The translations under genes and the position numbers were made by a program. The notes under the pieces were generated by a model. It did not search any database and had not been told where the DNA came from. It saw only the letters and a list, made by a program, of their open reading frames with translations. This document shows positions 49,951 through 58,736 of a DNA stretch of 64,000 nt, piece by piece. Source of the DNA: an uncultured Acetobacteraceae bacterium (GTDB lineage: Bacteria; Pseudomonadota; Alphaproteobacteria; Acetobacterales; Acetobacteraceae); assembly GCA_964459005.1 (NCBI GenBank), contig CAYWOW010000001.1, positions 8,218 to 72,217 of the forward strand, written 5' to 3'. How positions within the stretch are numbered: position 1 is the first letter of the stretch; every line of letters starts with the position of its first letter.

Positions 49951-50976
49951 ATGCTGCCCGCGCCGCCTATCATCGGGGCTGGCAATCCGGCGCCAGGCCC
50001 AGAACACGTGTCCTTTCTTCCGACGCTTTCCTCCGTCGCGCGGCATCGTCTGCTGTTCCTGATCCTCTGCCTGGTCTGGGGCACCACGTGGCTCGCCCTG
50101 AAAGCCGGCATCAACGCCGTGCCGCCCGCCTTCTTCTCCGGCGTGCGCTGGGCTTTCGCCGGCATCGTGCTGTTGGGATACCGGCGGTTTCGCCACCAGC
50201 GGGTGCTGGTGTCGCCCCGCCTGCTCGGCCGGGTGATCGTGATGTCGGTGATCATGGTCAGCCTGTGCGCCGTCATCCAGCTTTACGGCATGCGGCAGAT
50301 CAGCAGCGGGCTCGCCGCGGTCATCAATTCCGCCCTGACGCCGATCAGCATGCTCGGCTTCGCGGTGGCGATGCACCAGGAGCGCATGACCTGGCGGCAG
50401 GGCATCGCCTTTGCCATCGGCATCGCCGGCATCCTGGTGCTGTTCGGCCCGAGCGCCATTGCCGGGCAGGTGGGGCTGGCGGAGCTGCTCGGCGCCGCCG
50501 GAGTGGCGGCCAGCGCGATGCTCTACTGCGTCGCCTCGGTGATGTCGCGGCGGGTGATGCGCATCATTCCGCCGGTCCAGTTGACCGGTCTCACCAACCT
50601 GATCGGCGGCGTGGCGCTGCTGGCCCTGTCGCTGCCGCTGGAGCCGGGCGCCTGGCACGCCGCCGGGCTGGCCTGGGGCTGGGCGGCCTGGCTGGCCTGG
50701 CTGTGGCTGGTGCTCGCCGGCTCGCTGGGGGCCAGCATCATCTACTTCCTGCTGGTGCGCGACTGGGGCGCCAGCCGCACCGCCACCTACGCTTTCGTAA
50801 CCCCGGTGATTTCGGTGGGTCTCGGCATGTTGGTGTTTCACGAGCACGTGGATGGCACCGAGGCGCTCGGCATGGCGCTGATGCTGGCCGGTGCCGGGCT
50901 GGCGCTGCGGCGCCCGCCGGTCGCCAAAGCAACGGACTTGACGCCGGCGCCTCCTGCCACGACCGTTAGGCCATGA
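49951..50976 (+). CDS. EamA/DMT family transporter; start uncertain
   Basis: LCLVWGTTWLALK, PPAFFSGVR, about 10 TM segments, YAFVTPVISVGLG. Confidence 0.88.
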   Translation: MLPAPPIIGAGNPAPGPEHVSFLPTLSSVARHRLLFLILCLVWGTTWLALKAGINAVPPAFFSGVRWAFAGIVLLGYRRFRHQRVLVSPRLLGRVIVMSVIMVSLCAVIQLYGMRQISSGLAAVINSALTPISMLGFAVAMHQERMTWRQGIAFAIGIAGILVLFGPSAIAGQVGLAELLGAAGVAASAMLYCVASVMSRRVMRIIPPVQLTGLTNLIGGVALLALSLPLEPGAWHAAGLAWGWAAWLAWLWLVLAGSLGASIIYFLLVRDWGASRTATYAFVTPVISVGLGMLVFHEHVDGTEALGMALMLAGAGLALRRPPVAKATDLTPAPPATTVRP

Positions 50977-51974
50977 CAGACCCAGTCGCGCTGCACCAAG
51001 GCCTACTTACCCTCGACACCCATATCGACATCCCGTGGCCCGACGGCCCCGCATTTACGGACGACACCCAGCGCCGTGTCGACCTGCCGAAGATGCGCCG
51101 CGGCTACCTCGCCGGGGCCTGCTTCGCCGCGTACGTCCCGCAGGGCCCGCGCACCGAGGCGGCCTACCAGGCCGCCTTCGCGCGCGTCAGCGCCATGCTC
51201 GCCGCCATCGTCGCGATGGGCGGCGATGCGGTGCGGGTCTGCGGCACCGCTGAGGCCATCGAGCAGGCCCATCGCGACGGCATCACCGCCATCGTGCCGG
51301 CGGTCGAGAACGGCCATGCCATCGGCGCCGACCTGGCGGGGCTGCGCGCCTTCCGCGACCTCGGCGCCCGCTACCTCACGCTGACCCACAACGGCCACAA
51401 CGCGCTCGGCGACAGCGCCAATCCGCGTCCAGAGCTGGGCGACGCCGCCGAGGAGCACGGCGGCCTGTCGCCGTTCGGCCGCCAGGCGATCGCGGAACTG
51501 AACCGGCTCGGCATGCTGGTCGACATCGCCCACGTCTCGAAGGCCACCATGCTGCAGGCCGCGATGGCATCGCGCACGCCGGTGGTCTCGACCCATTCCT
51601 GCATTCGCGCCTTGTGCGACCACCCGCGCAACCTCGACGACGAGCAACTCGACGCGCTCGCCGACGTCGGCGGCGTGGTGCAGGTGACCGCGGTGCCGCA
51701 CTTCCTGTGCGCCGGCCGCAAGGAAGCAGAGGTGACGGTGGCCGACTACGCAAACCACATCGACTATGCCGTGCAGCGCATCGGCATCGAGCACGTCGGG
51801 ATTTCCTCGGATTTCGATGGCGGCGGCGGTTTCGCGGGCTGGCGCGATGCCGGCGAGTGCCCGAACGTCACCGCCGAGCTGCTGGCCCGCGGCTACGGCG
51901 CGCGTGAACTCGGGCTGCTTTGGGGCGGCAACTTCCTGCGCCTGTTGCGCCTCGCGGAAGGGAGGGCGGAATGA
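50973..51974 (+). CDS. Membrane dipeptidase (peptidase M19 family)
   Basis: LDTHID, VDLPKM, VENG, YLTLTHNGHN, LVDIAHVS, STHS, HPRNLDD, HVGISSDFDGGG. Confidence 0.92.
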   Translation: MTDPVALHQGLLTLDTHIDIPWPDGPAFTDDTQRRVDLPKMRRGYLAGACFAAYVPQGPRTEAAYQAAFARVSAMLAAIVAMGGDAVRVCGTAEAIEQAHRDGITAIVPAVENGHAIGADLAGLRAFRDLGARYLTLTHNGHNALGDSANPRPELGDAAEEHGGLSPFGRQAIAELNRLGMLVDIAHVSKATMLQAAMASRTPVVSTHSCIRALCDHPRNLDDEQLDALADVGGVVQVTAVPHFLCAGRKEAEVTVADYANHIDYAVQRIGIEHVGISSDFDGGGGFAGWRDAGECPNVTAELLARGYGARELGLLWGGNFLRLLRLAEGRAE

Positions 51975-52810
51975 TGCGCATGGTCACGCTGCCCGACGGG
52001 GTGGAGGTCGCGGCCCTCGGCCAGGGCACCTGGAAGATCGGCGAAGGCCACTACCCGGCCAGCCAGGAGGCGGCGGCGATTCGCCTGGGCATCGAACTCG
52101 GCCTCACCCTGATCGACACCGCGGAGATGTACGGCGACGGGGCTTCCGAGCGGGTGGTGGGCGAGGCGATCGCCGGGCTGCGCGAGCGCGTGTTCCTGGT
52201 CACCAAGGTCTATCCGCACAACGCCTCCCGCAACGGCGTGCCGGCGGCCTGCGCGCGCAGCCTGAAGCGGCTCGGCACCGAGGTGATCGACCTCTACCTG
52301 CTGCACTGGCGCGGCGGCATCCCGCTCGCCGAGACCGTTGCCGCCTTCGAGAAGTTGAAGGCGGAGGGCAGGATCCGCCGCTGGGGGGTGTCCAATTTCG
52401 ACGCCGACGACATGACGGCGCTGCTGTCCGTGCCGGGCGGGGAGAACTGCGCCGCCAACCAGGTGCTCTACAACCCGGAGTATCGCGGCATCGAGTTCGA
52501 CCTGCTGTCCTGGCAGGCCAGCCACCGCATCCCGGTGATGGCCTATTCCCCGGTGGGCCAGGGCGGCCGGCTGCTGCGTAACCCGGCGCTGAAGGCGGTG
52601 GCGGCCCGCCACGGGGTCACCCCGGCCCAGGTTGCCATCGCGTGGTCGCTGCGCCATGCCAACGTGATCTCCATCCCGAAGGCCGGCGCGGCCCAGCATG
52701 TGCGCGAAAACGCGGCCGCCGGCGCGCTGGTGCTGGCGCCGGAGGACTTGGCCGAGATCGACCGCGCCTACAAGCCGCCGGTCCGCCGGCAATCGCTGGC
52801 GATGCTTTGA
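51971..52810 (+). CDS. Aldo/keto reductase
   Basis: LGQGTW, IDTAEMYGDG, TKVYP, DLYLLHWRG, WGVSNF, NQVLYN, AYSPVGQG, SIPKA. Confidence 0.93.
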   Translation: MMRMVTLPDGVEVAALGQGTWKIGEGHYPASQEAAAIRLGIELGLTLIDTAEMYGDGASERVVGEAIAGLRERVFLVTKVYPHNASRNGVPAACARSLKRLGTEVIDLYLLHWRGGIPLAETVAAFEKLKAEGRIRRWGVSNFDADDMTALLSVPGGENCAANQVLYNPEYRGIEFDLLSWQASHRIPVMAYSPVGQGGRLLRNPALKAVAARHGVTPAQVAIAWSLRHANVISIPKAGAAQHVRENAAAGALVLAPEDLAEIDRAYKPPVRRQSLAML

Positions 52811-52870
52811 TAGTGACCGACGCAAAACCGATCCCCGGAAGGCCCGCTGCGTCGGACCTGCGCAGACCTA

Positions 52871-54151
52871 ATGGGAAAAAATATGTCCTTAGAGAATACG
52901 CTTAAGTACAGAGTGGGAGTGGTCGCCCTCCTGTTCTCGGCGACAGTCATAAACTCGTTCGACCGGGCCAGCCTGTCGGTCGCGGTGCCCTTCATCATCA
53001 AGGATTTTGGCGTCACCGCGGCGGTCATGGGGGTCGGGTTGTCCGCCTTCTTCATGGCCTACGTGCTCGGCAACCTGTTCGGCGGACTCCTGGCCGACCG
53101 GTTCGGCGCGAAAATCGTTCTCGGCGCCTCCTTCACCATATGGTCGGTGTTTTCCGCCTTGACCGGCTTCGCCCAGAACATCACCCACATCATTCTGGTG
53201 CGGTTTGGCGTCGGCATCGGCGAGGGGCCGTACTTCCCCGCCGCGATCAAGGTCATCGGCGGCATCTTTCCGACCGAGGAACGCGGCTTCGTGGTCGGCT
53301 TCAACTCGTCGGGCAACCGTGTCGGCTTGACCCTGTGCCCGATTGTCATGGCTTTCCTGATCACGAGCTGGGGCTGGCGGGTCGCCTTCTACATCACCGG
53401 GGGTGTCTGTCTCGTCTGGGTCCTCCTATGGGCGATTTTCTTCAAGGATCTGTCGCGGGCTCCGGTGGCGGGTGGCGTCCCAAAACCGAAGGCGGAAAAG
53501 CTGAAATGGGGAGTCTTGCTGCAGAACAAGGCAATCATCGGCATTACCGTCGTCAAATTCACTCAGGATTTCCTGCAATATCTGTTCTTGACATGGATCC
53601 CAAGCTATCTGATCACCGGGCGCCATTTCTCTGTCCTCGAAATGGGATTCTACACGACACTCGCCTTCGGCACGGCGGCGGTCGCCCAGCCCTTCGTCGG
53701 TTTCCTCTCCGACCAGCTCATCCGGTGGCGGTGGAGCATCAATCGGGCGCGCAAGACGGTTCAGGTCGGCCTGCAACTGCTGTCGGCGACGATCATCGTG
53801 ACCGGCTGGACCGATAATGTGGGGCTCGCCATCTTCTTCATGGTGTTGGCCATTTCCGCCGAATCCGCTTGTGCCGGCCACATCTGGACGATCATCACCG
53901 ACGTCATTCCAGAGGCCTATGTCGGCTCGGTGGGCGGCCTGATCAATGCGATCGGCGCGATCGGCGGTGTCGTCTCGCCGATCGTCACCGGCGTTTTGGT
54001 CACCGTTACCGGCAACTTCCAACTCGCGCTCACCATCGGCGGCGGCTCGATCCTGATCGCCACGGTGTTCCTGCTGTTCGTCGTCCCCAGTCTCAACGAG
54101 CCCTGGCATGACTCGCTCGGCGTGAAGGGCGCGCTGCCCAGCCGCGCCTGA
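52871..54151 (+). CDS. MFS transporter (ACS / D-galactonate-glucarate-like)
   Basis: INSFDRASLSVA, motif A GGLLADRFGAK, RFGVGIGEGPYFP, FPTEERG. Lower GC than its neighbours. Confidence 0.9.
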   Translation: MGKNMSLENTLKYRVGVVALLFSATVINSFDRASLSVAVPFIIKDFGVTAAVMGVGLSAFFMAYVLGNLFGGLLADRFGAKIVLGASFTIWSVFSALTGFAQNITHIILVRFGVGIGEGPYFPAAIKVIGGIFPTEERGFVVGFNSSGNRVGLTLCPIVMAFLITSWGWRVAFYITGGVCLVWVLLWAIFFKDLSRAPVAGGVPKPKAEKLKWGVLLQNKAIIGITVVKFTQDFLQYLFLTWIPSYLITGRHFSVLEMGFYTTLAFGTAAVAQPFVGFLSDQLIRWRWSINRARKTVQVGLQLLSATIIVTGWTDNVGLAIFFMVLAISAESACAGHIWTIITDVIPEAYVGSVGGLINAIGAIGGVVSPIVTGVLVTVTGNFQLALTIGGGSILIATVFLLFVVPSLNEPWHDSLGVKGALPSRA

Positions 54152-54175
54152 CACCAAGTACGGCTGACTGAGCGG

Positions 54176-54898
54176 CTATGACGATGCCACCGAGAGTCCG
54201 ACGACCCGATGGCGCGCGATCAACTGGGCCACCAGCCCCGAATTCCGTGCGTCTTCGACAAAGTCCTGCAGGAAAGCAGCGCCTTTCGCGTTGGCACGCA
54301 ATGTTCCGATGGCCTGCTGCACGGTCGTGAACCGTCCCGCCAGAATGCGGCTGCCGGGCAACCGGGCGGCTTCACCGATGAGGCGTGGCCCAAGTCCTGC
54401 AAGTGCATCCAGCCTGTCGCTGAGGAACTGCTCGTAGGCGGTGTCCAACGACGCGGACTGCACCAGCGTTGCCCGCTTGATGTTGCGTTCCAGCCAGAGA
54501 CAATAAGCCGTGCGGGCCGTCACGGCGATGCGGATACCGGGCTGATCGACTTCTTCCAGCGCATGCAGCGGCGAGCCGGGCGGCACCAGATAACTCGCCT
54601 CGATCTCGGCGTAGGCGGAGGTAAAGGCAATGAACTTGGCACGTGCCGGTTCGGCCCCAATCAGGCCGATGTCCCATGCATCGGTGCCCGCGGCGTCCGC
54701 CATTACGCCTGGGCCGGCATAGGAGACATAGACCACCGGCACGCCAAGCCGGTTGGCGATCTCTTGCGCCATGTCGGGGGCAACCCCAACCGGATCGCCG
54801 GAGGGCGCTCGCCCCGTAACCAGCAGGGAATTGCTGAGGTTTATTCCTGCCCGCAGAACGCCATGCGGGGCCAGTTCAGATCGGATTGCATCCATCAC
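54176..54898 (-). CDS. Periplasmic-binding-protein-fold substrate-binding protein (SBP_bac_3-like) with no evident signal peptide
   Basis: LAPHGVLRAGINLSN, GVAPDMAQEIANRLGV, VDQPGIRIAV, GRFTTVQQAIG. Confidence 0.8.
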   Translation of the reverse strand: MMDAIRSELAPHGVLRAGINLSNSLLVTGRAPSGDPVGVAPDMAQEIANRLGVPVVYVSYAGPGVMADAAGTDAWDIGLIGAEPARAKFIAFTSAYAEIEASYLVPPGSPLHALEEVDQPGIRIAVTARTAYCLWLERNIKRATLVQSASLDTAYEQFLSDRLDALAGLGPRLIGEAARLPGSRILAGRFTTVQQAIGTLRANAKGAAFLQDFVEDARNSGLVAQLIARHRVVGLSVASS

Positions 54899-54949
54899 CG
54901 GCTACGACCTTCCACCTGTTTCGTCGAGCGAAGTTACGATTGCGACGCT

Positions 54950-55485
54950 CGTCCGCCAATGAGGGCCCGTGAACCTGGTCATTGGCCAGCCGTCGCGGTA
55001 GTTGGCGGACGGTTCGTTGTGTCGGTTCCAGGCGGCGTCGTCAACGTCACAGAAAGGCCTGCTCTCGCCGCTTTAGCCCGGGCCGCTCATCAGGTGCCGG
55101 GTCGTCGTCCCGGTTCAGGGCAAAACTCGTGATGCATCACGCCGAACCAGCAGCGGGCCACGCCTGCCGTCCTCGACAAGTGCCTGAATATGCCTGCAAC
55201 ACACGCATCTGTTGTTGGGAATGATATCGAGAGTCTGAATCTTGACTCTCTTCCCATCCGAACCCAGCGACGGAACGCCATTCGCCGTGACCCCGGACCG
55301 ACGGGACCACGGAAGCTGAGCCTGACCGGGAACTGCCGACCATGAACGACTGACGAGCGACAAGGAAGACGCCATCGTGAACACGAGCGTGCCAAATTCG
55401 CGCCACGTCGAATCAATCGAATACGAAATGATTCGTCGAGTGCCTCTGGCCGATCGTCGCCCGCGGCGGTGTGAGTTAACCGCCG
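54950..55485. other. Non-coding spacer with several inverted repeats
   Basis: IRs at 54950-54959/55002-55011, 54955-54962/54979-54986, 55128-55141 (14-bp palindrome), 55216-55256, 55409-55435 and 55464-55485. Confidence 0.5.
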
Positions 55486-55533
55486 TGAATCAGAACGCCA
55501 ACCGGACCGCCCAGCGAATTCTCGGGCAGGCTC

Positions 55534-56541
55534 CTAGCAGCGCGCGATCCGCCCTTCCGGCGGATAGGCGGGGTCGGTGTATCCCGGCGTCGACGGGTGC
55601 CCGGCCGGCACCAGCCGGTCCACCAGCGCTTCGTCCTCGGCATCCAGCCGGACGTCCAGCGCGCCCACGTATTCGTCCCACTGGGCGAGCGTGCGCGGTC
55701 CCGCGATGGCGCCGGTCACGAGGCGGTTGTTCAACACCCAGGCCAGCGCGAACTGCCCCGGCGTCATCCCGCGCGCCCGCGCCCGCGCCGCCAGTTCCTG
55801 GGCGATGCTGAGGCTCTCCTCCCGCCATTCCGTTTCCATGATCCGCCTGTCCTTCCGCCCCGCCCGCGTTCCTTCCGCCGGCGCGGCGCCCGGTGCGTAT
55901 TTCCCGGTCAGCACGCCGCGCGCCAGCGGCGAATAGGGGAACACGCCGAGCCCAAGATGCGCGCAAGCTGGCAATTGCTCGGTTTCCGCCATCCGGTTCA
56001 GCGCGTTGTAGAGCGGCTGGCTCACCACCGGCCGGTCGATGCCGGCGGCGTCGCTGAGCCGGCAGATCTCGGCCACCCGCCACGACCGGTAGTTCGACAG
56101 CCCGAAGTGACGCAGCTTGCCCGCCCGTACCAGGTCGGCGATCGCCCGCACCGTCACCTCCATCGCCGTCGTGTGCTCTTCCTTGTGCAGGTAGAGGATG
56201 TCGATCGTTTCCACCCGCAACCGCCGCAGCGCGGCCTCGACCATGCGGAAGATGTGCAGGCGTGAGGTTCCCTGCTGGTTCGGCCCCGCTCCGACCTTGG
56301 CGGCGACCTTGGTTGCCAACACCCACCAGTCGCGCTCTCCGGCGATGGCGCGGCCCACCACTTCCTCGGACCGGCCGGCGTTGTAGGTATTGGCGGTATC
56401 GATGAAGTTGACGCCCTGTTCGCGTGCCCGCGCGACGATGCCAAGGGAGTCCGCCTCACTGGTCTGGCCGCCGAACATCATGGCGCCAAGGCAAAGCGGT
56501 GACACTTTCAGCCCGCTGCGTCCGAGGGTGCGGTATTCCAT
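55534..56541 (-). CDS. Aldo/keto reductase (AKR9/11-like oxidoreductase)
   Basis: True start MEYRTLGRSGLKVSPLCLGAMMFG with AAGGA RBS. FIDTANTY, LATK, IDILYLH, SQPLYN, YSPLARGVLTGKY. Confidence 0.93.
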   Translation of the reverse strand: MEYRTLGRSGLKVSPLCLGAMMFGGQTSEADSLGIVARAREQGVNFIDTANTYNAGRSEEVVGRAIAGERDWWVLATKVAAKVGAGPNQQGTSRLHIFRMVEAALRRLRVETIDILYLHKEEHTTAMEVTVRAIADLVRAGKLRHFGLSNYRSWRVAEICRLSDAAGIDRPVVSQPLYNALNRMAETEQLPACAHLGLGVFPYSPLARGVLTGKYAPGAAPAEGTRAGRKDRRIMETEWREESLSIAQELAARARARGMTPGQFALAWVLNNRLVTGAIAGPRTLAQWDEYVGALDVRLDAEDEALVDRLVPAGHPSTPGYTDPAYPPEGRIARC

Positions 56542-56644
56542 GGCTTTCGGTTCCTTGCTTTGGGCTGTCCGCCGCCGCGCCGGGCAACGGCGGAGGGGCG
56601 ATGTCAGATGAGACGTATTGATCCGAACGACGAATTTAATGCAT

Positions 56645-56673
56645 TTGTCAGTGCGAAAATCACCTTTTAGTGT
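56645..56673 (+). promoter_or_regulatory. Sigma70-like promoter TTGTCA-N17-TAGTGT for the AA_synth-TRAP unit
   Basis: Hexamers at 56645-56650 and 56668-56673 in an AT-rich patch 75 bp before the ATG. Confidence 0.4.
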
Positions 56674-56748
56674 AATTGTAACGGAGGCCAACCGTGAATG
56701 CGGTCGGGCTGTTGGTGGTGCCTATCATGAGGGAGAGGAACGAAGAAC

Positions 56749-57327
56749 ATGGCTGTCACTATTCGCAAGCTGCTGACGATCATTGAAGAGCAGAGAACCG
56801 AGGGCGGAGCTGAAGTGTCGCCCCCGTTGATAAAGGTCGCCGCGGTTGCTGTCATCGAAAATCCTCTCGCCGGCAAGATCGGCGCCGATCCCGCGCCGCT
56901 CATCGAGGCTGGCGGAAACCTCGGAGCGCTGCTGGCGGAACGGATACTCGAAGTACTGCCAAATGCCGACGTTCAGGGCTGGGGCAAGGCGGCTATCGTC
57001 GGGGCGGGCGGGGAACTCGAACACGCCGCCGCACTGATCCATCCGACTTTTGGCAAGCGCATACGGGTGTTGCTCGGGCGCGGCCGTGCCATCATCCCGT
57101 CTTCCAAGAAGTCGGGCGCAGAGGGATGTTCCATCGACGTCCCGCTGACATATACGGAAGCATCGAGCGTGGTCTCGCATTTCGACGCGATGGAGATCCG
57201 GCTGCATGACGCGCCGCATGCGGATGAGGTTGTGGTCGCGCTCGTGATGACCAATGGCGGGCGTCCCCACGCGCGCGTTCCCGGCCTGCTGTTGCGCGAT
57301 GTGAAGGGCCAGGACGGGGTGACCTGA
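56749..57327 (+). CDS. Amino acid synthesis family protein (AA_synth/DUF1185-like), function unknown
   Basis: IRKLLTIIEE, VAAVAVIENPLAG, GWGKAAIVGAGGELEHAAALIHP, IDVPL, SHFDAMEI, DAPHADEVVVAL, GGRPHARV. Confidence 0.85.
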   Translation: MAVTIRKLLTIIEEQRTEGGAEVSPPLIKVAAVAVIENPLAGKIGADPAPLIEAGGNLGALLAERILEVLPNADVQGWGKAAIVGAGGELEHAAALIHPTFGKRIRVLLGRGRAIIPSSKKSGAEGCSIDVPLTYTEASSVVSHFDAMEIRLHDAPHADEVVVALVMTNGGRPHARVPGLLLRDVKGQDGVT

Positions 57328-57383
57328 GCTGTCGTTTGTCAGCGAGTTGCTCAAGGTCAGAATGGAGACCCAGGTCAAGGACA

Positions 57384-57414
57384 GGCCGGCGTTCGGCGCC
57401 GGCCCGGTCTTTTT
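57384..57414 (+). terminator. Possible terminator or attenuator hairpin between the AA_synth gene and dctP
   Basis: GGCCGGCG-TTCGG-CGCCGGCC followed 5 nt later by TTTTT. Confidence 0.3.
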
Positions 57415-57540
57415 CATCAGCGGGCTGCTCGTTCTGACATCGGCGCCAGACCATCGCTTCGGCCGGGAACCGCCGCCCGGCGGGCTGCGAAGACACAATT
57501 CCCGGCCTGCATGAAGGGCCGTTTGAAGGAGGAACGTAAC

Positions 57541-58575
57541 ATGAAGAAATTCGCCGTCAGTCGCCGTGCGCTGTTGGGTGGTGCGGCGGTTGCCGCCGGA
57601 ACGGCCGCTCTTGGCGCGCCCGGCATCATCACGGCGCACGCCGCTCCGGCCAAATTCGTCTTCAAGATGGGCCACTCCCTGCCGGTCTCGCACGTCGGCA
57701 ATACCCGCCTGCAGGAAGCGCTGACCAAAATCGCCAAGCTCTCCGACGGAAGTTTGCAGATCCGCCTGTTCCCGAACAGCCAGTTGGGCAGCGATACCGA
57801 CATGTTCTCGCAGGTCCGCTCGGGCGCCATGGAAATGATGTTGCTGTCTGGCAACATCGTCTCCGTCATGCGGCCGGTGACTGGTCTTTACAACGTGCCC
57901 TTCGCCTTTCCCGATTACGCTCATTTGTGGACGGCGATGGACGGCGCCATGGGCGATATGCTGCGCGCCCAGCTCGATGGCGTGGGCCTGCACGCGCTCG
58001 ACAAGCACTGGGATAACGGCTTCCGCCAGATCACCAGCTCCGAGCGCACGATCAAGGGGCCTGACGACCTCAAGGGTTTCAAGATTCGCGTCCCGGTCGC
58101 CCCGATCTGGATTTCGCTGTTCACCTCGCTCGGCGCGTCGCCGACGGCGATCAACTGGAGCGAGCTGTATACCGCGCTGCAGACTCATCTCGTCGACGGC
58201 GAAGAAAACGCATTGCCGCTGATCGAAGCGGGCAAGCTCAATGAAGTGCAGAAGCACGTGGCGATCACCAACCACATGTGGGACGGCTTCTATGGCGTCG
58301 TGAACAAGGGTGCCTGGGAGCAACTGCCGCCGGATTTGCGGAAGCTGCTGTCCGACACCATCAACGAAGCGGCGATGAATGAGCGCCGCGACATTGTCGG
58401 GCTGAACACGCAGGCCGCGGTCAACCTGAAGGCGGCCGGAATGGTCTTCAACGATGCGGATTCCGGTGCGTTCCGCGATGCGCTGCGCAAGAACGGCTTC
58501 TACGCCGAATGGAAACAGAAATACGGCGACGAAGCCTGGACGATGTTGGAGAAATTCTGCGGCAAGTTGGGGTAA
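57541..58575 (+). CDS. dctP: TRAP transporter substrate-binding protein
   Basis: AAGGAGG RBS. Tat signal SRRALL; FPNSQLGSDTDM, NGFRQIT, DLKGFKIRV, ELYTALQTHLVDGEEN. Confidence 0.92.
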   Translation: MKKFAVSRRALLGGAAVAAGTAALGAPGIITAHAAPAKFVFKMGHSLPVSHVGNTRLQEALTKIAKLSDGSLQIRLFPNSQLGSDTDMFSQVRSGAMEMMLLSGNIVSVMRPVTGLYNVPFAFPDYAHLWTAMDGAMGDMLRAQLDGVGLHALDKHWDNGFRQITSSERTIKGPDDLKGFKIRVPVAPIWISLFTSLGASPTAINWSELYTALQTHLVDGEENALPLIEAGKLNEVQKHVAITNHMWDGFYGVVNKGAWEQLPPDLRKLLSDTINEAAMNERRDIVGLNTQAAVNLKAAGMVFNDADSGAFRDALRKNGFYAEWKQKYGDEAWTMLEKFCGKLG

Positions 58576-58619
58576 CCCCCGGCGTCGTCGGAACGTTCGC
58601 TCCGCAGAGGAACGGTGGA

Positions 58620-58654
58620 GAAGGTGGCGGTTCGGCGACCGGATCGCCGCCTTC
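58620..58654. repeat. Intergenic hairpin between dctP and dctQM
   Basis: GAAGGTGGCGGT...ATCGCCGCCTTC, a 12-bp stem including two G-T pairs. Confidence 0.5.
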
Positions 58655-58736
58655 CGGCGAGGGCTTGGTGAGGCACGCCGGATCCGGCACCGTTGCGCGA
58701 AGCACGGCACAGAGACGATTTTAGAAGGGCGGCGTA

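Noticed and set aside
45124-50847. 1907-aa open frame on the minus strand
   Set aside because: Shadow ORF. Six of the seven plus-strand genes it overlaps (rpsA, sppA, ihfB, lapA, trpF, EamA) happen to share one reading frame, and codon-aligned antisense frames stay open in high-GC DNA because TTA/CTA/TCA codons are rare. The translation has no motifs.
55495-55533. Possible duplicate of the first AKR's 3' end (CCGGACCGCC versus CCGGTCCGCC near 52779) marking a second att-like site
   Set aside because: The match is only 9/10 bp of GC-rich sequence and the translation does not align, unlike the clear 5'-end duplication at 60627.
54982-55811. Short ORFs in the SBP-AKR spacer as real genes
   Set aside because: They overlap each other on both strands, have no convincing RBS or motif, and are mutually incompatible.
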